Shown here in pieces: positions 52,986 through 63,465 of a DNA stretch of 64,000 bases. Source of the stretch: Alphaproteobacteria bacterium (GTDB lineage Bacteria > Pseudomonadota > Alphaproteobacteria > Bin95). Each line of letters begins with the position of its first letter. Within the stretch, counting starts at the first letter, position 1. Position numbers and translations under genes: made by a program. The DNA lies in contig CBDBGH010000003.1 in assembly GCA_965205265.1 (NCBI GenBank), positions 2,336,001-2,400,000 of the forward strand. Reading direction: 5' to 3'. A model generated the notes under the pieces. The model saw only the letters and a list, made by a program, of their open reading frames with translations, ran no database searches and was not told the DNA's origin.

Positions 52986-54901
52986 CCTGACTTCGACGGT
53001 TGATTCGCATAAGTAGTTGATATTGCCTGGTTCTCATTTCGGCTAGGCACTACATCCGGCATTTCTTCGAGCCGTGCTTCGTCGACGGTCAGGCGAGTTG
53101 ATACGGGGTGATCGTCAGGGGCAGCCCCATGGTTGCGTAAATCTGCTCCGCCGCCGGTGTCGGCTTCGAGGGGATGACGTAGCGGTTGCCCGATTGCCGA
53201 CAGCGCAGCAGGGAGCACTGGCGGTGGACGAGGGCGGAGCGGATGACCTCCGGGGACATCCGCCGCTTCTGGATGGCGACGCGGTACGCAAGGTGTCGAA
53301 CGCAGGCGAAGGCCAGGAAGGCGATGGCGATGTGAGCGCGGATCCGGTCCGGGTTCCAGTGCCAGATGGGACGTATCTTCAGGTCGTGTTTGGTGATCCG
53401 GAAGCTCTCCTCGACCTGCCAGAGCCCCTGGTAGTGAGCCATCACTTCGGTGACGCGCGCGTCGCGCAGATTGGTGATGACGCCGGTGAGCCCGTCCCAT
53501 CGTGCGGCCTCGGCGATCTTCTCCGGGTTCACCGTGAGCCGTGCGTCGCCCTCGACGGCGATGAAGCGCTTCGCCCCGTGATTGGAGAGCAGTTCCCTGG
53601 GATTGTCGCTGCGGGCCAGCCTGTCGAGCAGGCGTTCCACCTGATGGCGGCGCTCGTGCGCGTCCTTGCGTGCGCGCTGGGGGCAGAAGACGACGATCAG
53701 GCGACGGCCCTTGTACTCCCACTCGCCGACCCGGCGGTCCTGTGAGCCCTCCAGCGGGGCATAGGTCCCGGGGTCGAGAACCTGCCCCAGCAGCGCGAGC
53801 GGCAGCTTGCGCAGCCGCGCGCCGACGACATACTCGCCGCCGATGGCGTCCATGGCGTCGAGGTTGTCGGCGCTCAGCATGCCCCGGTCGGCCACGCATA
53901 CCGTGCGCTCCACCTGGTGGCGGCGCTGCATGTCCTGCAGGACCGGGACCATGCTGTGTCCCTCGTAGGTGGCGCCGGGGAAGACCTCGTAGCTGATCGG
54001 CAGCCCTTCGCGCGTCACCATCAGCGCCAGCAGAACCTGCGAGTCCTTGTGTTTGCCGTCCTTGCTGAAGCCGTGCTGGCGAAGCTCGTCCTCGGCGGCC
54101 GTCTCGAAGTAGAGCGTGGTGCAATCGAAGAAGAGGATCGCGACCGGCTCCGGCAGCAGCGACCGGCTCGCCTCGCCGACGCGCGTGCGCAGTCGCTCGA
54201 TCACCGTCGCGTCGAGCTGATCCATCATCCGGTAGACCTTCTCGAGCGGAAGACTCACGCCGAAGTCCTCCTCGAGCCGGCGCACGCTGCCCCGCTTGCT
54301 GTCGGGGTTGGCTACCCGCGCCATCACCACATGGAACAGCGCGTCATGGGAGGCCCGGTAGCGCGAGCGCGGCAGCAGCGCGTCGAGGCCCAGCAGCCGG
54401 TAGATCTCGCCATAGACCTCGTGGATGCCTGTGATCAGGCGCTGCTCCTCTTCAAGCTGCTTGAGGTCGACCGGGAGTTCCTCCTTGCCGTCCCCCCGGC
54501 GGCCGACACGGATCGCCTGCTCAGCGATCTTCTCGGGCGCAAACAATGCCGGCTGACGCTCGTCCTCCAGCTTCGCCTTGACGTACTCGCCGAGCTGCCT
54601 CAGGCGCTCGAGCTCGTCCTCGTCCATGGCCACGCCGACATGGCGGACGATGCGCTGTCGGACCTTGCCGCCGTCGCGCACGGCCTCGACGATCTGGACC
54701 GAGCGTCGCGGGCTGTTGGGGGAGGTCTTGATGCGCACGAACATGGGGGGAGTGTAGCGCGTGGCGGAGGCATTGACAGTCTCAAAGATTTACTAGGCAC
54801 TACAACGCAGCTTGACCGCACCGCAACTGCCAACTCATTGGCTTTACTGAAAACTCCAGACGCGAGATCGGTCAGAAGTCAGCCCAACCGTCGAAGTCAG
54901 G
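52986..54901 (-). mobile_element. IS1634-family element, copy 2 (1916 bp)
   Basis: Same inverted repeats and same length as 24200-26115. Confidence 0.95.
53089..54744 (-). CDS. IS1634-family DDE transposase
   Basis: Translation identical to 24303-25958. Confidence 0.95.
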   Translation of the reverse strand: MFVRIKTSPNSPRRSVQIVEAVRDGGKVRQRIVRHVGVAMDEDELERLRQLGEYVKAKLEDERQPALFAPEKIAEQAIRVGRRGDGKEELPVDLKQLEEEQRLITGIHEVYGEIYRLLGLDALLPRSRYRASHDALFHVVMARVANPDSKRGSVRRLEEDFGVSLPLEKVYRMMDQLDATVIERLRTRVGEASRSLLPEPVAILFFDCTTLYFETAAEDELRQHGFSKDGKHKDSQVLLALMVTREGLPISYEVFPGATYEGHSMVPVLQDMQRRHQVERTVCVADRGMLSADNLDAMDAIGGEYVVGARLRKLPLALLGQVLDPGTYAPLEGSQDRRVGEWEYKGRRLIVVFCPQRARKDAHERRHQVERLLDRLARSDNPRELLSNHGAKRFIAVEGDARLTVNPEKIAEAARWDGLTGVITNLRDARVTEVMAHYQGLWQVEESFRITKHDLKIRPIWHWNPDRIRAHIAIAFLAFACVRHLAYRVAIQKRRMSPEVIRSALVHRQCSLLRCRQSGNRYVIPSKPTPAAEQIYATMGLPLTITPYQLA

Positions 54902-54903
54902 AG

Positions 54904-55257
54904 TCATTCCGCCTCGGCCGGCGCCCTGACCGACAGCGCCCGCACGCGACGCCAGTCCAGGCCCGCGAACAAGGCCTCGAACTGCGCATGGTTCAACGTC
55001 ATCGCCCCGTCCCGGATCGCCGGCCACACAAAGCCTTGCTCCTCCAGGCGCTTGTAGACCATGACCAGGCCGGTCCCGTCCCAGTAGATCAGCTTCAGCC
55101 TGTCGCTGCGCTTCGCCCGGAACACGAACACCGTGCCCGTGAACGGGTCACGGCGCAGCGCGCTCTTCACATAGGCCACAAGACCGTCGTGCTGCTTCCT
55201 GAAGTCGACGGGCTTCGTCGCGACCATGATCCGCACCCGGTTCGAGGGGAAGATCAT
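54904..55257 (-). CDS. tnpB: IS66 TnpB (Orf2)
   Basis: Identical protein to 177-530. Confidence 0.95.
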   Translation of the reverse strand: MIFPSNRVRIMVATKPVDFRKQHDGLVAYVKSALRRDPFTGTVFVFRAKRSDRLKLIYWDGTGLVMVYKRLEEQGFVWPAIRDGAMTLNHAQFEALFAGLDWRRVRALSVRAPAEAE

Positions 55258-55676
55258 GACGACGCGTTCAGCGCAGAGACGATCTCCGCCAGCCGGACCG
55301 CCGGCACCGCCGCGTCCAGACGGACCGTAACCCGGTCCAGGACCACTTCCACACGCGCGCCGCTCACCTCGGCACCGCCGCGCCCTTCAGCCCGCACCAC
55401 AAGCGGCGCAAACTCCACGCCCGCTTCCGCCGCAGGCAAAACAAGACGCCCATCCCGCGCCAGACGCCCATCCCGCGCCAGGCGCCGCCACCCCGTCACC
55501 TGGTTCGAATGAATATCGTATCGCCGCGCAACGGCGCGAACCGTCGCCCCAGGCTCCAGCGTCTCCGCAACAATCCGAGCCTTCACTTCGTCCGGCCAGC
55601 GACGACGACCGCCACGCGCCGGAAGCACTTCTACCGTCCTGTGTGTCTCAACTGAGCCCAACAATGTGAAACTCAC
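55254..55676 (-). CDS. tnpA: IS66 TnpA with an in-frame 18-bp duplication (RLARDG twice)
   Basis: 140 aa versus 134 aa in the other copy. Confidence 0.93.
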   Translation of the reverse strand: MSFTLLGSVETHRTVEVLPARGGRRRWPDEVKARIVAETLEPGATVRAVARRYDIHSNQVTGWRRLARDGRLARDGRLVLPAAEAGVEFAPLVVRAEGRGGAEVSGARVEVVLDRVTVRLDAAVPAVRLAEIVSALNASS

Positions 55677-55749
55677 CTCCTGCCCAACTCGCAGGCGTGA
55701 ATCTCAAATCAGAACCGAACCTGGAAGGTGCCCCGCTCGCCCCGCTTAC

Positions 55750-57307
55750 GACGGGCAGCATCGACACGCTGCTGGTGCTGAGCGCGATGGTCGTGGCGGC
55801 GCTGATGGTGTTCGGCGCGCTGGACGCGTTGCGGGCGCGCGTGCTGGTCCGCGTGGGAGCGTGGCTGGATCGCGTCCTGAGCGGCGAGGTGCTGAGCGGT
55901 GCCGTGGCGGAGGCGCTGCGCTCCGGCGGGGCGGTGTCCGCGCAGGGGCTCCGTGATCTGGGGACGGTACGGGGCTATCTGGGTGCCGGCGCCGTGCTGC
56001 CATTGTTCGATGCCCCCTGGGCACCCGTGTTCCCGGGGATCGTGTTTCTGATCCATCCGGTCCTCGGCTGGATCGCTTTGGGGGGCGCGCTGGCACTGTT
56101 CGGTTGCGCGGTTCTGAACGATCTCGCCACCCGGAGGCGCATTTCGGCGGCGAATGCATCAGGGGCGTCGGCACTGAATGCGGCGGACGCGGCGGTGCGC
56201 AACGCAGACGCCATCATGGCGATGGGCATGCTCCCGGACGTGGCGCGCCGCTGGCAGGAGACGACTGCGCACGGGCTGGGCTTGCAGACCGCGGCCAGCA
56301 GCGCGTCCGGAAGCATTGCGGCACTGGCGAAGTTCCTGCGCCTCGGTCTCCAGGTCTCGATACTCGGGACGGGCGCGTATCTCGTGGTGCTGGGGCAGAT
56401 GACAGCAGGCGGGATGATTGCGGCGTCGATCATCGGGGCGCGCGGCCTGGCGCCGATGGAGCAGCTCATCACCGCGTGGCGCGCGATGATCACGGCGCGG
56501 GCGGCGCACGGGCGGGTACGCGCCGTGATCTCGCAGGGCGAGCATGGGGCGGGGGGGACGTCATTGCCCCGACCGAAGGGGCGTGTGGACCTCGAAGGGG
56601 TGAGCTACGTGCCGCCGGGGATGCGCCGCCCGGTGGTGCGCTCAGCGAGCTTCCGGCTCGAGGCGGGTCAGGTCCTGGGGATTGTCGGGCCTTCGGGCGC
56701 AGGGAAGACGACGCTGGTGCGCCTCATCGTGGGCTCGCTGGCGCCGACGGCGGGGCATGTCCGCCTCGACGGTGCGGACGTGGCGGCATGGGGATCGGCG
56801 GACCGCGGCCGCCACGTGGGCTATCTCCCGCAGACCATCGAGCTGTTCGCAGGGACGGTCCGCGACAACATCGCCCGGCTGGGCCGCGCGTCCGACGATG
56901 CCGTGGTGGCCGCGGGACAGCTTGCCGAGGCGCACGAGACGATCCTCGGGCTTTCCGCAGGCTACGACACGCTGATCGGTGAAGGCGGGCTTCCCGTGTC
57001 GGGCGGGCAGCGCCAGCGCATCGGGCTGGCGCGGGCGGTGTACGGCGACCCGGCGCTGGTGGTGCTCGACGAACCAAATGCACATCTGGACGCGGAGGGG
57101 GAGCAGGCCCTGATCCGGACCATCGCACGGCTGCGCGAACGGGGGACGACCGTGGTGCTGATCGCGCAGCGCACGGGGACGATGGCGCAGGCGGATTGGA
57201 TCCTGGTGCTGCAGGAGGGGAGGATTACGTCGTTCGGACAGCGCGAAACCGTGCTGGATGCCGTGGGTACTGCGCGCCGAGCGCCGCGGTCCGCGCCGGC
57301 GTCATGA
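55750..57307 (+). pseudogene. Type I secretion ABC transporter (PrtD/AprD type), 5'-truncated by IS66
   Basis: FDAPWAP, GPSGAGKT, VGYLPQ, SGGQRQR, LDEPN; similarity begins at the IS end (TGSIDTL). Confidence 0.88.
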
Positions 57308-58665
57308 GCCGGGAGCTCGCGCCGGCACGCAGCCCATTGCCCCTCCGGCTGCAGGAGAGCCCGACCCTTGAAGCGCCGTCCTTTGGCGAGCGCCGCCCGA
57401 ATGTCGGCCGGCTCATGGCCTTTGGGGGAATGCTGATCGCAGTGTTCATCGGTGGCTTCGCGCTGTGGGCGGCCCTGGCGCCCCTGGAGAGCGCGGCGAT
57501 CGCCGCCGGCGTGGTGGGCGTGAGCGGCGAGCGCAAGACGGTGCAGCACCTCGAAGGGGGGATCGTGGCCGCGATTCCCGTTTCTGAAGGCGACCAGGTC
57601 GCCGCCGGGGACATGGTGCTGCTGCTGGACGATACGAATCCGAGGACCTCGCTGTCTCTCCTTGAGATGCAATACCACTCGGCGCTGGCGCTGGAGGCGC
57701 GCCTGCAAGCGGAGCGGGACGGCTTGGCCGCGATTCGCTGGCCGGAGACCCTGCTGGCCGGCACGGCTTGGGAGGAGGTACTCGCGACCCAGGAGCGGAT
57801 CTTCGAGGCGCGCAGGGGCTCGCTTGCGAACGAGACGGCGATCTACAAACAGCGGATTGGCCAGCTTCGTCGGCAGGCCGAAGGACTTGAGGACCACATC
57901 GAGTCCCAGGACCGCCAGCTTGCGCTGCTGGCCGAGGAGGAGGAAGCCGCGCGTACGCTGTTCGAGGAAGGCTACGAGCGGAAGCCGCGTCTGCTGGCCG
58001 TGCAGCGGCGGCTGGCGGAGGTTGCCGGGGAACGGGCCCGCAATGCTGCGGAAATTGCGCGGATCGACGAGCGCATCGGCGAAACCCGGCTCATGATGGC
58101 GCAGAGCGGGACGGAACGACACACCGAAGTGACGACGCAGTTGCGGGAGGTCGAGACTCGGCTCTCGGATGTACGAGAGCGATTGATCGCTGCCCGCGAC
58201 GTGCTTGCCCGCACGCGGGTGGTTGCGCCGGTATCCGGGACGATCATGGGCCTCCAAGTGTTCACCGTGGGAGGGGTCATCGCACCGGGACAAGAGCTGA
58301 TGGACATCGTCCCAGAGGACGATTCACTGGTCGTCGAGGCTCGGGTGGCGCCGACCGACATCGACTCGGTGGCGATTGGCCTGCCCGCACAGGTTCGCCT
58401 CACGGCGTTCTCGCTGCTTACCACACCGCCACTCGACGGTAAGGTGATTCGCATCTCGGCCGACCGGTTTACGGATCGGGAGAGCGGAGCCTCGTGGTAC
58501 GAGGCGCGGGTCGCGCTCGATCCAGGCCAGCCGGAACTTGCGGATCTGGAGCTGCTGCCCGGTATGCCGGCGGAGGTGATGATCCTCACCGGCGCGAGCA
58601 GTCCGATCGAATACCTGCTCAAGCCAATCTTGGCCAGTTTCAGGCGCGCGCTCCGCGAGCAGTGA
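57304..58665 (+). CDS. HlyD-family type I secretion periplasmic adaptor (PrtE type)
   Basis: WA..APLESA, VQHLEGGIV, APVSG, PGMPAEV. Confidence 0.93.
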   Translation: MSRELAPARSPLPLRLQESPTLEAPSFGERRPNVGRLMAFGGMLIAVFIGGFALWAALAPLESAAIAAGVVGVSGERKTVQHLEGGIVAAIPVSEGDQVAAGDMVLLLDDTNPRTSLSLLEMQYHSALALEARLQAERDGLAAIRWPETLLAGTAWEEVLATQERIFEARRGSLANETAIYKQRIGQLRRQAEGLEDHIESQDRQLALLAEEEEAARTLFEEGYERKPRLLAVQRRLAEVAGERARNAAEIARIDERIGETRLMMAQSGTERHTEVTTQLREVETRLSDVRERLIAARDVLARTRVVAPVSGTIMGLQVFTVGGVIAPGQELMDIVPEDDSLVVEARVAPTDIDSVAIGLPAQVRLTAFSLLTTPPLDGKVIRISADRFTDRESGASWYEARVALDPGQPELADLELLPGMPAEVMILTGASSPIEYLLKPILASFRRALREQ

Positions 58666-58739
58666 GGTTCCGCGTTCCTGCCGCCGCGCAGCGAATCTCG
58701 CTTGCACTCGTCGCCGCGAACGGGACAAGAAATGCGGGC

Positions 58740-59168
58740 AGACCCAGAGTGCTCGACGTCTTCAGCGCCGCCTTCAGGCAGTCATACACGGGGCGCAAGT
58801 GGAACGCCGCCTTGCCGACCCAGTCGGCCAGAGTCGAGCGGTCCAGCTCCAGTCCCGAACGCGCGTAGATCCGGCTCTGACGGTACAACGGACAATGGTC
58901 AGCGTATTTCGAGATTAGCACATGCGCAATGGCGCCTTCGGTCGGCAGCGCGCCCTCGATCAGCCGGGCCGGCGCCGGCGCCTGGGTGACGCCTCCCTCG
59001 CAGGTCCGGCAGGCGTATTTCGGGCGCACGGTCACGATCACCCGCAACTGCGCCGGCACGATGTCGAGCCTCTCGGCGCGATCCTCGCCGATCCGCACCA
59101 TCTCCCCGCAGCCGCAGGGGCAGAGCGTACTCTCCGGCTCGATCACCTGCTCGATCCGGGGCAGGTGT
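58740..59168 (-). pseudogene. tnpC: Internal IS66 tnpC fragment
   Basis: HLPRIEQVIEP...KTSSTLGL, homologous to the other copies. Confidence 0.88.
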
Positions 59169-59261
59169 GCCGGCTGGGCACCCGTACAGAAGCATGGCCC
59201 GGACCGCGATCGGCTTCTGTCACTGATGGCGCGGCTTGCCGACAAGCGCCAATGGGCGATC

Positions 59262-59310
59262 TGCGGCGCGTCGATCAAGGTCAGACTCGGCGACAATCAG
59301 GGTGAGACGG
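59262..59310 (+). mobile_element. Orphan IS21-type terminus
   Basis: TGCGGCGCGTCGATCAAGGTCAGACTCGGCGACAATCAGGGTGAGACGG aligns with the end of IS21-2 at 20014-20063. Confidence 0.6.
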
Positions 59311-59422
59311 GAGCCGGCGACCGGGATCCGATATTCTCGCACAATGCCGATTACGGGCAAACGGTCCCAATGGCCACGCCCGCGAAGACGTGGGGTTGGC
59401 TATTGGTCCTGTCGCGGGGAGA

Positions 59423-59605
59423 CTACCTTCCATTGCCGTCTATGTTCATGATGGCCTGGATAGCGTGCCCGATCCGTTCGGCGGCGGCTTCAATGTCGCG
59501 GTCCACAGGGTGTGCGTATCGGAGTGTCATCTGCACGTTCGAATGACCGAGCGGCCGGGAGACCACCGGCACCGGCACGCCATTCATGACCGCATGGCTC
59601 GCATA
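59423..59605 (-). pseudogene. C-terminal fragment of a member-B tyrosine recombinase
   Basis: YASHAVMNGVPVPVVSRPLGHSNVQMTLRYAH. Confidence 0.85.
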
Positions 59606-59606
59606 G

Positions 59607-59990
59607 GTCTTCCATCGCACCGCCGAGCGGGTCCGGGCCCATGTCCTAATCTGCATGCTGGCGTACTACGTCGAGTGGCATATGCGCCGGAAGCTCCGGG
59701 CGCTGCTGTTCGACGACGAGGAGCCTGAGGTCGCCGAGGCCCGGCGCCCATCCGTCGTCGCGCCGACCCGGCGCTCCCGCCGCGCAGAGCACAAGGCACG
59801 GACCCGGCGCACCGCCGACGGCGAGCCGGTGCACAGCTTCCGCACCCTGCTCCAGGACCTCGCCACCGTCTGCCGGAACACCATCGCGCCCCGGTTGCCG
59901 GGGGCCGAGCCCTTCGACGTCGTCACCCGGCCCATCCCGATCTAGGAGAAAGCCTTCAAGCTGCTCGGCGTGCGGTTGACGTGTAGCCAG
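59607..59990 (+). pseudogene. C-terminal fragment of a different IS1634-family transposase
   Basis: ERVRAHVLICMLAYYVEWHMR, PVHSFRTLL; internal TAG at 59943-59945. Confidence 0.8.
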
Positions 59991-60034
59991 TGGCGCGCGG
60001 TCGAAAAATCATGATTGCCCGCTGGATCAGGCAC

Positions 60035-60658
60035 TTACCTCTTCCACTTTCTGGAACTTGAGGTTAATCGGAACTCGTAGGATACTTTTCTAACTGTGCC
60101 CGTCTTGTGATCTTCGATCAGTTGAGCCATGACGCATCTTGCTGCTTCAACACCATATTGCTCATTATATCGGTAAACTTGATTAAGCATAGTAAGCCAA
60201 TCCCCGCCGGATACTCCATCTGGTCGAGCAAATCCCAACTCTCCTAATCTACGCAACGTTATTGCAAAGTCAGCACCTAATTGTGTACCTTCGTGGTGCT
60301 CCAGTTCATCTGGCGTATCCAGCTGTTCCAAAAGATGTTTTGTGCCAGTTCGTAACAACCTCAATATTAGATCTCGTACTTCGTTGGCTTGTCGGTACAA
60401 AAGTTCAGCTTTCTTATATCTGTGACGTTTCTTAATTTCAACACACCAAATAATGTATGGCCAATTGAAATACAGAAAACTACCAATTCCAACAATAATC
60501 AAACCCACATATATGGATTGAATGTCTATAATTGCCTCAAACAATTCTTTGGCTTTTTCCGAAGGACCGGAGAAAAACTGTTGGGTAACGGCTCCAACCC
60601 ATCCCGCGCTCACTATACTGCCAGCCGCGCGAGCCGCATTCTTTCGCTTCGTGTCCAT
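60035..60658 (-). CDS. AT-rich hypothetical membrane protein
   Basis: 207-aa ORF in visibly lower-GC DNA; N-terminal hydrophobic segments. Confidence 0.6.
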   Translation of the reverse strand: MDTKRKNAARAAGSIVSAGWVGAVTQQFFSGPSEKAKELFEAIIDIQSIYVGLIIVGIGSFLYFNWPYIIWCVEIKKRHRYKKAELLYRQANEVRDLILRLLRTGTKHLLEQLDTPDELEHHEGTQLGADFAITLRRLGELGFARPDGVSGGDWLTMLNQVYRYNEQYGVEAARCVMAQLIEDHKTGTVRKVSYEFRLTSSSRKWKR

Positions 60659-60740
60659 ATATGAATATTACAGTTTTTGTCTGAAATTGCAACACATCCT
60701 TACTTCAGACTCTGTAGAAACTTTGGTACCATAATCATTA

Positions 60741-61265
60741 GCAGGCTGCGGAAGAACGTCCTGAGTGGGGGATTTTGTAGGCGCTTGTGGGCGTGATCGT
60801 GGTGATCGGCTCGATTTGTTCGAAGGGAAAAGTCGGCCGAGGCGGCGCAGCGGTGCAGCACTGCGGACCCCCGCCTTCGCGAGGGCAGACGGGAAGCCTT
60901 GTCGGGCGCGGCGTCGGCGTGACGGAGCGCGCAACGGCGGCCCTGCGCCGGGTCCCGGCGGTCATGGGGCAGCCTTTAAGAGCTTCGGCAGGCGGATCAG
61001 GTCGTAGGCTGCAAGCGCCAGGGTGAACTGCCAGTCCACCCGGGCCAGGCCGCGATGCCGGGTCTTCGAGAGGCGCGCCACCGTCTTCACCCAGACGAAG
61101 ACCTCCTCGATCCGTTTGCGGTGAACCTGGCTCGCTTGATACCCCTCGCTCGCCGCCATCTCCTCGCCGATATTCGAGCGCCGGCCCGCGGTGTTGCGCG
61201 CCGCATGCGCCTCAGCGCCGAAGGCTTTGCAGGTCCTGACGAACTCCGCCGTGTCATAGGCATAC
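60741..61265 (-). mobile_element. IS5-family remnant (transposase C-terminus 60962-61265 plus one end)
   Basis: AYDTAEFV...RKRIEEVF.W.KTV..L.KTRHRGL.RV; terminus GCAGGCTGCGGAAGAA next to TTA. Confidence 0.75.
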
Positions 61266-61345
61266 AGGGGGGCTTCCGCTTCCCGGTCCCTGCGAGCAGG
61301 CTGGCGCCGGTCCCGAATGAGCGTCGACGAGAAACGGAGGACACG

Positions 61346-62083
61346 ATGACCGAATCTGAAGACCGAACCGCGAATCGGCCAGGTTTCTGGAACAGGCTCC
61401 ACAGGGCCGTCGTCGCGATTGAGCCTTGGAGCATCCTGGTGGCCGTTGTTGCGCTTCTCCTCACCGTCCTGCAGTTCTGGATCGAGTATCGGGATCGCGT
61501 GAACGAGCGGGTGGTGCGGGCTTGGACTCTTGTCACCACTGCTGCGCCCGGTAGCAGCGGCAAGAAGGAGGCGCTCGAATACCTGAACAGACAGGACGGA
61601 TGGCTTTGCTTCGAGGAGCAGCCGTGGGAGGGCTGTGCCGTCCTCCTGAAGTCGCGCTCCCCACTCGTCGGGATCAATCTGTCCGAGAAGCACCTCGGGG
61701 AAGGCGGAGCATTTCTCGGCGAGATCAACCTTCCAGAGGCTAACCTATTCGAGACCAATTTCTCAGGAGCGAATCTTGTCAGGGCAAACTTCTCAGGAGC
61801 GAACCTCCTCAGGGCAAACTTCTCAGGAGCGAGCCTCATCGGGGCGAACTTGTCAGAGGCACGCCTCCGTTCGGCGATTCTCCTAGGGGCGAACCTCTCA
61901 GGGGCGAACCTCTCAGGGGCGAACCTCCTAGGGGCGATCTTCTCAGGGGCGGACCTCTCAGGGGCGAACCTCTCAAGGGCGAACCAACTTTCTCAGCGGC
62001 AAATTGCTGCGGCTTGCGCGTTGCCAGATAACCCTCCGTCCCTGCCTCTATCGTTGACTTGGAACGAACGCCCGTGTCGATGA
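61346..62083 (+). CDS. Pentapeptide-repeat protein with N-terminal TM helix
   Basis: Tandem A(N/D)(L/F)xx repeats with 15-bp periodicity at about 61730-61985; GGAGG RBS. Confidence 0.9.
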   Translation: MTESEDRTANRPGFWNRLHRAVVAIEPWSILVAVVALLLTVLQFWIEYRDRVNERVVRAWTLVTTAAPGSSGKKEALEYLNRQDGWLCFEEQPWEGCAVLLKSRSPLVGINLSEKHLGEGGAFLGEINLPEANLFETNFSGANLVRANFSGANLLRANFSGASLIGANLSEARLRSAILLGANLSGANLSGANLLGAIFSGADLSGANLSRANQLSQRQIAAACALPDNPPSLPLSLTWNERPCR

Positions 62084-62307
62084 CACGAAATCCAAATAGT
62101 GTCTCAATCCGGGACGCACTCCAGTTCTTGGCGGGGCGTAATGGGTGTCGTTAAGCACCGAGCTCTGACCCTTCATGATCGAATGCGATCAATCGCTTAT
62201 GGCGTTGATCGGCGTCCAAGCATAGCGCCGGGCAACACGTTATGGGCCATAGTTGGTGGTGTTGTGGGCGTGGTATGCGGTCATCTCACGGCGCTTCGTC
62301 GGCGCAG

Positions 62308-63462
62308 TCAGGATCGACCTCCGGCCATGACATCCGCGATTCTATCGCCGACCCTTTCGGCTGCCGCCTCTATGTCACGGTCTGCAAGGTGGGCATAGCG
62401 CAGCGTCATTTGCACATTGGAATGGCCGAGCAAACGGGAGACCACCGGGACCGGCACCCCGTTCATGACCGCATGGCTCGCCATCGTGTGCCGCAGGTCG
62501 TGAAGGCGCACATCCTCGATACCGGCTTCCCGCCGAGCGCGGTACCAGAGCGGGAGAGTGACGCCGCGATGCCGCGAGGGATCGAGCGGCGACGGAAAGA
62601 CAAAGTCACTTTCTCCCCGAGGTTGGCGGTCGAGAATGCGCCGGGCTTGGCTGTTCAACGGAACCTGCCTCGGACCCGTCTTGCTGTCCGCAAGGACGAG
62701 CACGTCGGGATGAACCTCCGACCAGCGCAGGCAAACGATCTCGCCCTTGCGGCACCCGGTCAGAAGGAGAAGCCGGATGATGTCGGCCTGCTGGCGGCAT
62801 TCCTTCCGAGTCTGCGCGTCGAGGACCCGGTGAAGACGACCGACCTCCTCAAGGGACAGGAACCGCGTCAGCGTGGCACGCCGGTTCTTTCTCACGTCGC
62901 GCGCCGGATTCGTGTCGATATGGCCGCTGGCAACGGCGAAATTCATGATTTGCTGCAACACCTCGAGAGCACGATTGGAGCCGCCTGGGGCCGTTCGGCT
63001 GTAACGTTCGAACCATTGCCTGACATGCGCTGGAGTTATGCGGTCCAGAGGTTTCGTTCCGAATGCCGGAAGCAACCGGGTGTTGAGACGATAGGAGTCG
63101 GAACGCTGGGTTGATTGCTTGTAGCGGTCGAAATGGGTTTTCTTCCAAGGCCCTGCAACGAAGTCCCGGAACTGGGGAACCGTGCGCTGTGGCTTCCCTG
63201 TCTTCTCCAACTCCGGATTCGCCTTGCGCGCGTGGCATTCCCGACGAGCCTCGACGACCGTCCTCGCCGAAACCAGACCGAGCGAGAGGCGTCGCGAACG
63301 GCCGCCAATCTCCAGCAGCAGGACGTAGCTCTTTCCACCGGAGGGCCGGACGCGGACCCCCAGGCCCGTCATGCGGCTGTCCCAGACCGTGAATTCCTGT
63401 TCGCGGGGACGGAGACGGGCAATGGCCGCCTCGGTCAATTTCATCCTCTCTCTTGCTGCCAC
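62308..63462 (-). CDS. Tyrosine recombinase (pair 2, member B)
   Basis: Clear paralog of 49406-50671 with the full catalytic set. Confidence 0.93.
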   Translation of the reverse strand: MAARERMKLTEAAIARLRPREQEFTVWDSRMTGLGVRVRPSGGKSYVLLLEIGGRSRRLSLGLVSARTVVEARRECHARKANPELEKTGKPQRTVPQFRDFVAGPWKKTHFDRYKQSTQRSDSYRLNTRLLPAFGTKPLDRITPAHVRQWFERYSRTAPGGSNRALEVLQQIMNFAVASGHIDTNPARDVRKNRRATLTRFLSLEEVGRLHRVLDAQTRKECRQQADIIRLLLLTGCRKGEIVCLRWSEVHPDVLVLADSKTGPRQVPLNSQARRILDRQPRGESDFVFPSPLDPSRHRGVTLPLWYRARREAGIEDVRLHDLRHTMASHAVMNGVPVPVVSRLLGHSNVQMTLRYAHLADRDIEAAAERVGDRIADVMAGGRS

Positions 63463-63465
63463 CGC

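Larger units (their letters stand above)
51064..55749 (-). mobile_element. IS66-family element, copy 3, containing IS1634 copy 2
   Basis: GTAAGCGG at 51064 and CCGCTTAC ending 55749; flanks differ, so no target duplication. Confidence 0.93.

Noticed and set aside
52790-54124. 444-aa ORF fusing IS1634 sequence to the TnpB C-terminus
   Set aside because: Alternative-frame read-through created by the target duplication; the N-terminal part has no protein-like composition
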